IMG/VR virus record: IMGVR_UViG_3300046008_000242 | Span: 57,363 to 121,362 of that record | DNA: 64,000 nt | Reading direction: 5' to 3' (one strand) | Source of the DNA: a virus | Taxonomy: Duplodnaviria; Heunggongvirae; Uroviricota; Caudoviricetes | Made by a program: the position numbers and the translations under genes | In this document: one piece after another, positions 39,606-50,092 of the stretch | How positions within the stretch are numbered: position 1 is the first letter of the stretch | Layout of the letters: every line of letters starts with the position of its first letter | The notes under the pieces: generated by a model | Told to the model about the DNA's origin: nothing | Databases searched by the model: none | What the model saw: only the letters and a program-made list of their open reading frames with translations

Positions 39606-40026
39606 AGATTCAATTTATCAATATCCAACCAAGAACATTCCTTATAACATCCATTATTTGTCCAATAATCCATCTTAATGGAATGTCCCATATATCATCC
39701 AATCAACTCTATGTCATGTAAAATAAACGAACAATAGTAGACAAATATAGATGTTCCTTGTAAATTTAACATATCGAAAGAGTCTTAAGACAATTCCTTT
39801 GATGTTATTGGTGTCGAAAGAGTAATCTTAGACATCGAGTGTGTAATATACATGGAAAGATACTCCTTTCGAAAACATAGAAACTCCACTATGATAGACT
39901 ATGTCGATCCTTTGAGTTATATCCATTAGGTGGTTTTAATATTACTTTATTATATTCTAGTGTATTCCTCGACATAATAATCACTATATAACCATATACA
40001 ATAAACAAATAATCATATAGGAACAA

Positions 40027-40521
40027 ATGGAACAATTATCCTTAAATCAATATCTTTCTGTTATCTCATCATTATATTTTCTTTCAGACACTCAAAATGT
40101 TGGTGGAATCCCAGAACATTTCTTTTCAGATATTAATGAACAATTAAACATCAGTTCACCGAAAGGAATTAGACAATGGTTCAAAGACAATCTTAGATCT
40201 AAGGGATTCTATAACATACCAAAGATAGAAGAAGATGTAGAAGATATTGTCAGAAAAATCATCCGTCTTAGAAAAGAATACGTCCCAGTTGAAACTATTA
40301 CAATTCAATGTAATAAGGCTATTCGAAATCCCAACAAGGAAATTCGATTCAATGATAATACAACAAAGAAGATTGATAAACGAACATTGAAAGAATTGTA
40401 TTCAATTTTAACAGATGAATATATTAAACCAGAACACAAATTAGAATTACAGAATTACGCAGCTGAATCTTATGACAACATATTGAAAATTGTTGAAACA
40501 AACCGATTGGTGATGAAATGA
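40027..40521 (+). CDS. Hypothetical protein, paralog of 41778-42257
   Basis: Shared LSV....Y..SD, W..DN...K.FY..P, FND.T..K.D.R and IKP motifs. Confidence 0.65.
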   Translation: MEQLSLNQYLSVISSLYFLSDTQNVGGIPEHFFSDINEQLNISSPKGIRQWFKDNLRSKGFYNIPKIEEDVEDIVRKIIRLRKEYVPVETITIQCNKAIRNPNKEIRFNDNTTKKIDKRTLKELYSILTDEYIKPEHKLELQNYAAESYDNILKIVETNRLVMK

Positions 40522-40653
40522 TTCTTATTAAGAATATTGTCAATGGATTATTATTCTTATCTTGTTGGATGTTAGCTTCATTTTCGATATACATTATCTG
40601 GATGATTGCTTTAATACATTAAAAATGGGACTCTATAAAGAGTCCCATTAGAT

Positions 40654-41382
40654 TTAGAATAAATTTTCTGTTAATTGTTTTTCTGAACAAGATAATTGAG
40701 GGTGTTGTGAATATCCATGGGATACCATATAATCCTCTATTGTCTTAAATACAATTCCTCTATTACCAGAGGATGTCAATAAAGCTGCGGTGAATGCTCC
40801 TTGATATTTTCCATCAATGAATGCGTCTGCAGCAGTCTCAGAATCTTTAGCTGCAGAAAAACATATTACATTATCTACATTAGAAATGTTAAATGGAGTT
40901 TTATTATTAACATTTTCTAAAGGTGATGGTATGTATCTCGAAACATTTGAATTTAGTTTTAATTCCCTAGTCAATGAACCAGAATGACAACAATCCATTA
41001 AACATGTTATCTCAACATTAGGATATTTCGAGAAGATTTGTTGTAATTCATCGTCTGTGATATAATTGTTAGACCATTTACCATTTGAATCAATTAGGTC
41101 GTATGGACATAAGATTTCGGTTAACCCATCATCTTCTGTTCCATTATCGCAAGGAACTTGAGAACCATGACCTGAATAATGGAATACAAATTTACCAACG
41201 GAATTAGATAACAATTCCTCTAGATTACGAATAATCTCAGATTTGGTTGCCCGTTCATCATGTAACCTAATTACATCATATCCATATTGTTTCAATTCGA
41301 ACGCTATATGTTCTGAATCATTGATACATCCTCGTAACGGAGCTGTATTATATTTGTTGATTGCCACTGATAATGCTTTCAT
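40654..41382 (-). CDS. Metacaspase (peptidase C14)
   Basis: LRGCIND, HYSGHGSQ (catalytic His), DCCHSG (catalytic Cys), GAFT, Q.PQL. Confidence 0.92.
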   Translation of the reverse strand: MKALSVAINKYNTAPLRGCINDSEHIAFELKQYGYDVIRLHDERATKSEIIRNLEELLSNSVGKFVFHYSGHGSQVPCDNGTEDDGLTEILCPYDLIDSNGKWSNNYITDDELQQIFSKYPNVEITCLMDCCHSGSLTRELKLNSNVSRYIPSPLENVNNKTPFNISNVDNVICFSAAKDSETAADAFIDGKYQGAFTAALLTSSGNRGIVFKTIEDYMVSHGYSQHPQLSCSEKQLTENLF

Positions 41383-41777
41383 TTTAATCTCCTATAGTTA
41401 TAGTATTATTTAAAGTTTTCGAAGATATTAAAATGAAGTATAATAGATTTCATATTAACGACATGAGGATGAATATGAAGAAACAAGCAATAATGATTGA
41501 TAATTATTACTCTGGTGGTAGAGTAAGAACAGTGGAATTTATTGTTGATTCGTTAGAAATTGTAATCCATTTCCGTACAAACGATAATTCTATAACAAAT
41601 TACAATGTCTATAATAAAGAGTTGCCTATTTCAATCTATGATAATAAAATAGTTCTTCAACTTATGATTAACCTATTCAATTATATGGATGAATACGAAG
41701 GATATTTCAATTCTAACGTAGACCGATCTAAACCTGAAACGTATATTACATTTTCATTTACAATCTAGGAGTAATTC

Positions 41778-42257
41778 ATGGACAAAAATACATTCTTATC
41801 TGTTGTGGCAACATTTTATTACAAATCTGACGTTGAATTCCAACATGGATTACATGAAGAATTATTTGAAGAAATTGTTACGTTACTGGGAATTAATGAA
41901 ATTCCATCATCCGTTAGAACATGGATGAATGATAATAAATTAGCAAAAAACTTTTACAAGGTTCCTGAAATCGTAATTAATGTTGACGAGATTGTCAATA
42001 AGATGTTAGAAGACAATGTTGTACATGATAATATCTTATCTCAATTGAAAAATTGTAATAATGGTAAAAACCATAAAGTGTTCTTCAACGATGGAACCTC
42101 TAGAAAGGTTGATGTGCGTTCCGCTGGAATTGCCATTAGAGCATTACGTTCTGAACGTATTAAACCGGATACAAGAATGCAATTTCAAGAATACTGCAAA
42201 GAATCATTTGGTAATCTTATGAAATTTGTAAAACAAGCCAAATTAATGGGGTTATAA
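41778..42257 (+). CDS. Hypothetical protein, paralog of 40027-40521
   Basis: Shared motifs; AGGAG RBS. Confidence 0.65.
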   Translation: MDKNTFLSVVATFYYKSDVEFQHGLHEELFEEIVTLLGINEIPSSVRTWMNDNKLAKNFYKVPEIVINVDEIVNKMLEDNVVHDNILSQLKNCNNGKNHKVFFNDGTSRKVDVRSAGIAIRALRSERIKPDTRMQFQEYCKESFGNLMKFVKQAKLMGL

Positions 42258-42258
42258 T

Positions 42259-42777
42259 ATGAACTTAATCGAAGAAATTAGAGGTCAAACTGGAACATTG
42301 GAAATGAACCCTACCATGGCTGAATTTGCTGATGGCATGAGAATAAAATATAACACAAAACATCTATTTCCAGTGAATGTGGTTAAAATCGCCAATGAAA
42401 TTGGTATTTTACAATGTTTTCATCACGGTGAAATTGGATACGACGTAAAGACTATTGTATCTTCAAGCGAGAATACAAAACCTATCTTTATTGTAAATGA
42501 TATGGGTAAATCAATTTTAATCTTACGAGAATATACAGCCAGATGTATTGGTGAATATCTTATTAGTGTAAATGAACCTATACCAGAATACGTAACCAAT
42601 TCATTTTATATTGGAGATACTCCGAATTATGTAGATGAATTTGTTTATCATTTTTTAATGCCAGAAAATGAAGTTAAAAATAAGATTAAAGAAGGATATT
42701 CTGTTACAGATTTATCTGATTATTTTTGGGTATCAAATTGGTTCGTCAGAGAACGATTAGAACAATTAGGAATTTAA
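42259..42777 (+). CDS. Degenerate ImmA/IrrE-like protein
   Basis: PV.V..IA..IG, I.VN, REYTARCIGEYL (normally RFT.AHELGH), F...FLMP, LSDYF.VS. Confidence 0.55.
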   Translation: MNLIEEIRGQTGTLEMNPTMAEFADGMRIKYNTKHLFPVNVVKIANEIGILQCFHHGEIGYDVKTIVSSSENTKPIFIVNDMGKSILILREYTARCIGEYLISVNEPIPEYVTNSFYIGDTPNYVDEFVYHFLMPENEVKNKIKEGYSVTDLSDYFWVSNWFVRERLEQLGI

Positions 42778-42975
42778 ATTATATGTATGAATTACACTAC
42801 GCGACTGGTAGTACATTACAATCTTCTTTTTACGATAACATCGTTGATGCAATTGATGATGCTGATTGGATGATACAATCGGACGAAAATGTTGAACCAA
42901 TATCTATCCACGAAATCATTAAAAATGAGGTCTGGAATAACGGAGAAGGCGATTTGGTAGACTTGAGAAAATTAT

Positions 42976-43437
42976 ATGATTGAAAAAGTATTGATATACG
43001 CAGACGGTGCTTGTAAATCTAATGGCAGAGAAAACTCTAATGGTGGTTGGGGTGCTGTTATGTCATATAAAGGTATCGAGAAGGAAATCTGGGGTGGTGA
43101 ACGCAATACAACAAACAACAGAATGGAATTACTTGCTGTAATAAATGCATTGGAATTACTGAAACGACCATGTCCTGTTAGTATATTTTGCGATTCAAAA
43201 TATGTTTTAGACGGAGCATCCTCTTGGATTAAAGGATGGAAACGTAATGGTTGGAAGACTGCATCTAAACAACCAGTTAAGAATGAAGATCTATGGCGTC
43301 GATTAGATGAAACAATGTCATTACATGAAATTGAATTTGTATGGATTAAGGGACATAATGGGCATCCAGGAAATGAACGAGCAGACGCATTGGCTAACAA
43401 AGGATATTATGAATTGATTGAAGGGTTATATGACTAA
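42976..43437 (+). CDS. rnhA: Ribonuclease HI
   Basis: [52 protein letters not shown]. Confidence 0.95.
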   Translation: MIEKVLIYADGACKSNGRENSNGGWGAVMSYKGIEKEIWGGERNTTNNRMELLAVINALELLKRPCPVSIFCDSKYVLDGASSWIKGWKRNGWKTASKQPVKNEDLWRRLDETMSLHEIEFVWIKGHNGHPGNERADALANKGYYELIEGLYD

Positions 43438-44338
43438 TCTATTTGATGATGAATATATCATGTTAGATGAATTCAGGAAGTTCTCATTCCAACATATAGC
43501 ATTAGGTGATGTAGACCCTATCTATACCATGATTAGAAATTCTGAATTATCTGATAATGAGAAGAAACGTCTGATATTCTCCAATCTGATGGTATATGAT
43601 TTAAAACATTCAATTAAACTTACTTCTATACCAGACGACCAGTATTATGACTATGTAAAAATGTTATTCACTGAAGCCAAAGTCGGCAAAGATAGAATTG
43701 ATGTGGCATCAAGAGAAACTAATGTCAAATCAAGAAGTTATAACACTCAGATAGATAAAATGAGATGTAATACCCCAGAACAATGGATAGATAATGTATT
43801 ACAGAATACTGTCGATTGGAACACTTCTATTGAATCCGCAAAGATGATACCAACATTTGGAGAATACTTTGCATTTAAAGTTGCGGATATGGTAGAGTCT
43901 ATCTTTGATATGAATTATACAGTAAAATGGGATGATTCATTTAGAAGAACAATACCAAAGGGTTCATTATCTGGTTTTGAATTGGTTAAGACAGGATCTG
44001 CAACCAAACATCGTTCATCTGAACAGATTAGACAAGATCCTTTATTAGAACAATTCTTCTTGACTGAATTGGAATTCTTCAAGGACTATAAATGTCCACA
44101 TAATCCAACAAGATGTATTGGAGTCACCGAGATTGAGACATTCCTATGTGATTTTAGAAAGACATTTAAAGGAACATTAAATAAAGGAGATAAGGTGTTG
44201 AAACTAAAATCTGCGTTAGAATTTAATGTTGGTTCTGATATAGCAGATAAATTGAAATCATCTGTTGATAATCTTATTGATAGAAGAGCAAAATATATTG
44301 ATGTTAATGTAACCGAAAACGAATGTGAGAAATTATAA
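43430..44338 (+). CDS. aGPT-Pplase/amino acid:DNA transferase-like DNA hypermodification enzyme
   Basis: [20 protein letters not shown] and [11 protein letters not shown] motifs (HhH-glycosylase-derived family). Confidence 0.65.
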   Translation: MTNLFDDEYIMLDEFRKFSFQHIALGDVDPIYTMIRNSELSDNEKKRLIFSNLMVYDLKHSIKLTSIPDDQYYDYVKMLFTEAKVGKDRIDVASRETNVKSRSYNTQIDKMRCNTPEQWIDNVLQNTVDWNTSIESAKMIPTFGEYFAFKVADMVESIFDMNYTVKWDDSFRRTIPKGSLSGFELVKTGSATKHRSSEQIRQDPLLEQFFLTELEFFKDYKCPHNPTRCIGVTEIETFLCDFRKTFKGTLNKGDKVLKLKSALEFNVGSDIADKLKSSVDNLIDRRAKYIDVNVTENECEKL

Positions 44339-44886
44339 TGAGAAAAGTTATTGCTGTATGTGGAGTTCCAGGAACAGGTAAATCTACGTTATTCAGAGAA
44401 TTTATGAAGACATCTACTTGGGAACGAACAATCCCAGCCAAATTGGTTGATTCTGAATACTCCAAGGAATTGGATATGTATATCTTGGGAAAATATGATG
44501 ATGGTGAAGTGTTTGCAGGTACGGACCGTCTTTCTATGGCCGTATCACCAGAAGTTGAGAAATTACTGAGAGTTACGACATCTAATGTGATGTGGGAAGG
44601 TGATAGATTGACTGGTAATAAATTGTATTCATTTATCTCAGATAATTTGACTTATGATGTTGAATTTCATATTATTGTAATCAAAGCAGAACAATCAATT
44701 CTGAATGCTAGATATGAAGAACGCGGTTCTAATCAACCAGAACAATTCTTGAATTCAAAGGAAACCAAAATCAATAACATTTTGAATAATTTTGAATTGA
44801 CAGAATTTGTTACGGAATTCAAAAACGAAACGAAAGAAGACCAATTAAAAATCTTAGAATTTATTAAATCAATTTTGGATAGATAA
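44338..44886 (+). CDS. P-loop nucleotide kinase of the base-modification-associated type
   Basis: GVPGTGKST; LGKY....FAGTDRLSM; EGDRL; R..ERGS; translationally coupled (TAATG) to the upstream gene. Confidence 0.7.
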   Translation: MRKVIAVCGVPGTGKSTLFREFMKTSTWERTIPAKLVDSEYSKELDMYILGKYDDGEVFAGTDRLSMAVSPEVEKLLRVTTSNVMWEGDRLTGNKLYSFISDNLTYDVEFHIIVIKAEQSILNARYEERGSNQPEQFLNSKETKINNILNNFELTEFVTEFKNETKEDQLKILEFIKSILDR

Positions 44887-44956
44887 TCATTTCGGAACTC
44901 TTTGAAATTCATTATAATGGAACCATAAATAATTATTTTAAATAAGGATAAATTAT

Positions 44957-45598
44957 ATGAGCACATTTAAAGAGTACCAAGCTGAAGTGTTAAAAGAAAT
45001 GGCTTTAGTGGGCAAAGGTGATTGGTCAAAGAATCATGCAGTTTCGTATATTGTAAAATCAATTTTTGATTCAAAATATGAATTCGTTGATGAAATTAAA
45101 ATACCAAAATTAAATAAGACATTAAAATTATACAAATCATTATTTGATTCTGAATATATCACATATAGATTTGGTGATTGGGTTGACACTGAAAAGGGTG
45201 TTGAATTTGGTTCTATTGCGTCTATGACATTAGAAAAATGTGACGATACACTTGGTTATAAAAACATTTGGAAATCCAATTCAGAATTAGTTGCTGAGGT
45301 GTTTCAAATGAAAGGAATAGCAAAAGAATTGTTCCATTATTTTGTAAAGGAATTGAAAATAACATTATTGGGCGATAGTGTACAATATTTTGGTTCAAGA
45401 AAATTATGGAGTAGCATAAGTAAAAGTAGCCATGTTATTGTAGACATTATCGATATAACTCATAAAAAACTTATAGATGAAAATGTAGAAGTTTATCATG
45501 GGTTTGATAATTGGGATTGGGATAAACGAGTTTGGACTGATAATGGAGATGATACTAAAATTGTGGACATTAGACTTATTCTTAGAGATATTAAATAA
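44957..45598 (+). CDS. GNAT-like protein with a putative capsid-targeting N-terminus
   Basis: MSTFKEY..LKE; FQ.KGIA..LF, GDSVQYFGSRKLW; TAAATA upstream. Confidence 0.55.
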   Translation: MSTFKEYQAEVLKEMALVGKGDWSKNHAVSYIVKSIFDSKYEFVDEIKIPKLNKTLKLYKSLFDSEYITYRFGDWVDTEKGVEFGSIASMTLEKCDDTLGYKNIWKSNSELVAEVFQMKGIAKELFHYFVKELKITLLGDSVQYFGSRKLWSSISKSSHVIVDIIDITHKKLIDENVEVYHGFDNWDWDKRVWTDNGDDTKIVDIRLILRDIK

Positions 45599-45609
45599 GG
45601 TTAGATGAA

Positions 45610-46190
45610 ATGGCAATAGCTAGGTTTGGTGACTGGGTTGATGATATATCTATACAAAATGTATCTACTCAAATCATCCAAGACAAGTATCCGATACCAG
45701 AAGATATAATTGTACAAGACGTCCATTATGAGTTGCGTAAATTAAATTCTAAATCCAACATAATGTATCGTCTTGGTCGGTTCTGTAAGAGAAGATCTAT
45801 TGAAGAATTCAGAACATATGGTGTAATTGATTTAGATTATCGTGGTGACTTGCTTGGATATAAAAATGTCCATAATGTTGATGGTGTTAAAGTTATAACA
45901 AAATCGCAAGGAACTCAATTTGCTCAATCCATGTATATACATTTTGTACAGAATTCTGGAATGACTATACTAGGTGATGAAGAACAATTCTTTGAGCAAG
46001 GAAACTCTGGTGTAGATTAAGTAAAAATGAAAATGTTTGTGATGATATCATCAATCTAAATGAAAATCAAATCATTGAAACTGACGTTGTATTACGCCAT
46101 GGAAATAATGATTGGGAATTTGATGACCGAGTCTGGTCTTACGATAAAGATCTATCTCATATACGTCTAATCTTACGAGATATTAAATAA
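45610..46190 (+). pseudogene. Frameshifted tandem paralog of 44957-45598
   Basis: Adding one G at about 45993 restores FGARKLW...HGNNDWEFDDRVW...IRLILRDIK*, the same C-terminus as its neighbour. Confidence 0.75.
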
Positions 46191-46393
46191 GATGTATCGT
46201 TCTTATATAAAATTTTGATTTTGCGAATAATCAAAACATCGTGTGTCACCTGGAGCAGATTGTTAGCGTAATCTGCTCCATTATATTTGTACAAAATTAA
46301 ATAAGCGAAATTCCATTAGGTTTTTCGCTTTTTTCATATAAATCAAAGAGGAAATCTTTATCGACGGATATTGTTTTTCCAAAAGGGAATAAA

Positions 46394-47860
46394 ATGTTAT
46401 CGTTCAACCAATATAAAACTTCATTACAGGAATCAACTCATTATAGAGTTGGTAAAAATGGATTTGATGCAATTAGAAATCAATTTCTGAACAATTCGCA
46501 TGTTAATACATTACTGAATGTATTACAACCATATGCGTCCAAATTACACCTTAAAATCATTGATAACAAAATCACAAACAATATCCATTTTTCCATTGTG
46601 GATGATTTTCAATCAATCAAAAGAATGTATGATTCTATCTCCCATATTGGCGTCGAACATATCATCGAAGATAAGAATTCAATCAAATTTAGAACTGGTG
46701 ATGTAAATTTCACATTCTATAAATCTGGTGGAGGATTCAAACGAATCATCGATGAAGACGGTAATGAATTGGTAAATAATAAACCAAGTTCATATCAACA
46801 CGAAGAAGCCATTGTCTATATCCTAAATGCATTTCCTGAATATCCAACCAAAACTCAAATCAATAAAAACATCGGATTTGAATTTGACGATACATGGTTC
46901 TTATCATTCAAAGAAACATACAATGCCATCGGCAGAGTAATTGATATTCAATCTTATGAATTCTATAGAGATTCTGATAAGAATAAATTACAAATTCTTT
47001 CGTTGATGACTCAATCCAAGTATCTACCAGATTCTAAGGATAATTGGAATCCATCTGATGTATGGGCAATCAATAAACATAACAAGCAAAATGTAATTGA
47101 TACCATCTCAGAAACTCTATACAGAATTGAGACTGGTAGAGCGGACGTATATGATTTGAACGATACAATCAAACATCTATTTGATACAAGACAATTAATC
47201 GGTTTCTCCTTGAAGAAGGTTGTTGCTCCGCCATCAAATCTAGTGTCTGAATCTGTTTTAAATGAATTTGCAAAGATCGAGAAAGTTGAAGTGGATTACA
47301 ATTATGTTGATAATGTCTACTTCGATAAACCATTAAAAATGTTCAAATTTAATGATACCTTATCATATATCGACATGTATTGTAATATGAAGGAATTTGG
47401 TAAAGATTACAGTTACATGTTTAGATTGGCTCCAAGAGGTAAGAGTAATGATTTGAATGTATATTGTCAAGGTTCTGGCGACTACAATAAATCAAGTTGG
47501 GATGGTAGTAGTTCGAAGGCTCTGATTAACAAATTGACTGATTTTAAGATTCCTGAATTCAAAGATTATGTCGATTACCAATTAAATGTTGAATCTAATG
47601 TATGGAAGACGTTAGATGTTGTTGATTCAAGATATTCACATTTTATCGATTATGTTAAACACAATAGATTTATATTCATCGATTGTCAGATGTTGGAAAC
47701 GGAACAACCAGAAAATCAATACATGATTAAACGTTGTCTTGTGTTATTACATTTCTTATATTGTTTAGAACAAACCAATATGACAGAATCATTAAAGATG
47801 TTATGTCTGTCATCAAAGAAACAAAATCATTTCAGCTCGGTGTTCTATAAAATTTCATGA
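46394..47860 (+). CDS. Hypothetical protein, possible PD-(D/E)xK nuclease fold
   Basis: QHE..., DNWNPSDVW, LIGFSLKK. Confidence 0.45.
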   Translation: MLSFNQYKTSLQESTHYRVGKNGFDAIRNQFLNNSHVNTLLNVLQPYASKLHLKIIDNKITNNIHFSIVDDFQSIKRMYDSISHIGVEHIIEDKNSIKFRTGDVNFTFYKSGGGFKRIIDEDGNELVNNKPSSYQHEEAIVYILNAFPEYPTKTQINKNIGFEFDDTWFLSFKETYNAIGRVIDIQSYEFYRDSDKNKLQILSLMTQSKYLPDSKDNWNPSDVWAINKHNKQNVIDTISETLYRIETGRADVYDLNDTIKHLFDTRQLIGFSLKKVVAPPSNLVSESVLNEFAKIEKVEVDYNYVDNVYFDKPLKMFKFNDTLSYIDMYCNMKEFGKDYSYMFRLAPRGKSNDLNVYCQGSGDYNKSSWDGSSSKALINKLTDFKIPEFKDYVDYQLNVESNVWKTLDVVDSRYSHFIDYVKHNRFIFIDCQMLETEQPENQYMIKRCLVLLHFLYCLEQTNMTESLKMLCLSSKKQNHFSSVFYKIS

Positions 47861-47918
47861 TTATAAAATCCCATTAGATGTAAAAGTCTAATGGGATTTT
47901 TATTGCGTAAAGAAAAGT

Positions 47919-47955
47919 CTTTCGATGATTATTAAATTCATTATAATAGATTTCA
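47919..47955 (+). promoter_or_regulatory. Phage promoter CTTTCGATG..TATAATAGATTTC
   Basis: Motif family with fixed spacing. Confidence 0.8.
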
Positions 47956-47991
47956 ATTAAGAAATTTCATCTAACAATAAAGAGGTTTAAA

Positions 47992-48384
47992 ATGACACAA
48001 GAATTTAAAACACCAGTTTCTTTAGAATCAGCTGTTAAAGAAATCACCAAAACAAAGGTGATGATTGAAAAAGAAAAAGAAAAAATTGCTGAAATTGAAG
48101 AAAATGGATTTGAATACACTGGTGGATTTAATGTTAGTGATTATGATTCGTTCGGTGAATTGGTAGAAGCTCTTCAAGAGTTAATCAAAGAACGCGGTGA
48201 TCTTAAAATTGAATGGAAAGGTGACCTTTCCATATACCATTACCCAGCAACCGAAAAAGAAACCAAGCAAATCATTGAAAATTGTAAAATTCGTATTCTC
48301 GGACATTACTCTAAAATCTCATTGATTCAAAAATATGTTGAAAAAGAAATGGAGAAAATCCATTCTGTTATGGAGTCGATTTAA
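47992..48384 (+). CDS. Hypothetical protein
   Basis: GAGG RBS; first gene behind the promoter. Confidence 0.6.
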   Translation: MTQEFKTPVSLESAVKEITKTKVMIEKEKEKIAEIEENGFEYTGGFNVSDYDSFGELVEALQELIKERGDLKIEWKGDLSIYHYPATEKETKQIIENCKIRILGHYSKISLIQKYVEKEMEKIHSVMESI

Positions 48385-49007
48385 ATGGACATTGATTTAT
48401 TACAACAAATTAAAAAAGAAGCAGAATTAACAGATTCTGATGTAGTTAGAATCATTGAACAAAGTGGTTCTTACGTCTGGTTCTATATCAATCCATTGGA
48501 TGGAGAAAATGTATTCCCAATTATCTGGAATGTTACATTAACAACAACAGGTAAAGTTAAGAAAGGTTCTTTACGTCATGAACAAGGATAACATTATGTC
48601 AATATCAGAATACATCAATTCCAAATCATTCATCAAAATGGTTAAAGGATTAAAATCTGACGAAAGAACATCAATGTCAGTTTATAAATCCATCTCCAAA
48701 TACGTCGAATCTAATCCAAACATTATCGATTCACAAATTGAAGTTTGCCAACAATACGTTGAATTGAGTTTTAAATTGTCCGATGAACATTTCTTCCATA
48801 TGGTGTTATAATGAACAGATTAGAAAAATGGTTATTCAATTCGATTTTACGCAATGAAATCAAACAAGGATTTCATTGTGATGACAATTTAACTGAAATT
48901 TACTCAATGATTGATAAGGTATGCAGAGAAGAATTTAATGAAGATTCAAGACAGATATTAGACCAATATCAACAAGTTATGTTCGATAAACGTAAGAGGT
49001 TCATCTA

Positions 49008-50060
49008 ATGGGTGGCAATGTAATTATTGATGGTATATCAGCAGATAGAATTGATTTACATGAAATAGATAGAGAATCATTGGTATCTGAATTGACCAAT
49101 TTACTATCTGGATTAAATCAAATGCATAATACGTTTTATGGAGAATTCTTATGGAATGAATCATTATTCAATTCCAAACATTTCCTTTCTGGTTCATCTA
49201 TACATTTTTTCAATACAGAAGGAATTTCAACTGGCGAATTTATATCCAATAAGAGTTCTATTGGTGATATTGATTTGATGGTAGACGTAAATCAAAAGGA
49301 TACAATAAGATTTATTCTTGATAGATTATCCTGTTATCATGAATTTTATAAATGGGAAATGATTGGATATAAAACATCTGCTGGACAATTCATAACATTA
49401 TGGCATCTAAGGGGTTTTAATTTGAATGTCCAGATTGATTTTGAATTGGTTGAATATAACGATGGAATCCCAACTGAATGGAGTTCGTTCTCTCATTCCA
49501 GTTCGTGGTCTGATATTACATCAGGAATTAAAGGGTTCCATCACAAATATCTGTTACAATCTATCGCTGCTTCTAGAACCAAAGAACGTATTGTATTATT
49601 GACTGGTAAGTCAAAGAAACATAAGATTGTTGAAAAGAGTCAATTGGCATTTTCTGTACAACGTGGATTACGTTGGAGATATATTAACACAGGATTGGTA
49701 ATCGATGGGTTAAACGTATTCGATGAATTGACTTCCGATGAATCAACATTTCATACGGATCTACAGACAATGTCCAATATCTTATTTGATGGCGTTGTAA
49801 TCGGTTGTATAGAAGAAATGAAATCATTTGTTGGATGTATCGATTTGATTAAACAATTCATTCCTGAACATTCTAAATCAATAGTTGATGATTATGTTGG
49901 TAGGATGTTCAGTTGTAATTCTCAGATGATTGTCAGAGATAATCATGTTGGTGATTATAATGAAAAGATTATTGGATTTTTGTTTATCTTGGAGAAATTG
50001 AATGTTGAATACTCCGAAGAATATCGTAAAATGATACTTGAATATTATGCAAATCATTAA
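49008..50060 (+). CDS. Pol-beta-like nucleotidyltransferase
   Basis: MGGN, SGSS, GDIDL.VD, VQIDF, KG.HHK.L. Confidence 0.6.
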   Translation: MGGNVIIDGISADRIDLHEIDRESLVSELTNLLSGLNQMHNTFYGEFLWNESLFNSKHFLSGSSIHFFNTEGISTGEFISNKSSIGDIDLMVDVNQKDTIRFILDRLSCYHEFYKWEMIGYKTSAGQFITLWHLRGFNLNVQIDFELVEYNDGIPTEWSSFSHSSSWSDITSGIKGFHHKYLLQSIAASRTKERIVLLTGKSKKHKIVEKSQLAFSVQRGLRWRYINTGLVIDGLNVFDELTSDESTFHTDLQTMSNILFDGVVIGCIEEMKSFVGCIDLIKQFIPEHSKSIVDDYVGRMFSCNSQMIVRDNHVGDYNEKIIGFLFILEKLNVEYSEEYRKMILEYYANH

Positions 50061-50092
50061 ATAATTATTTTACTATATGGAAAAATACAACA

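Larger units (their letters stand above)
38660..39975 (+). repeat. Array B: three tandem ~450-470-bp non-coding units, same family as array A
   Basis: Core 30-mer at 38975, 39421 (variant) and 39891; same block order. Confidence 0.95.
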
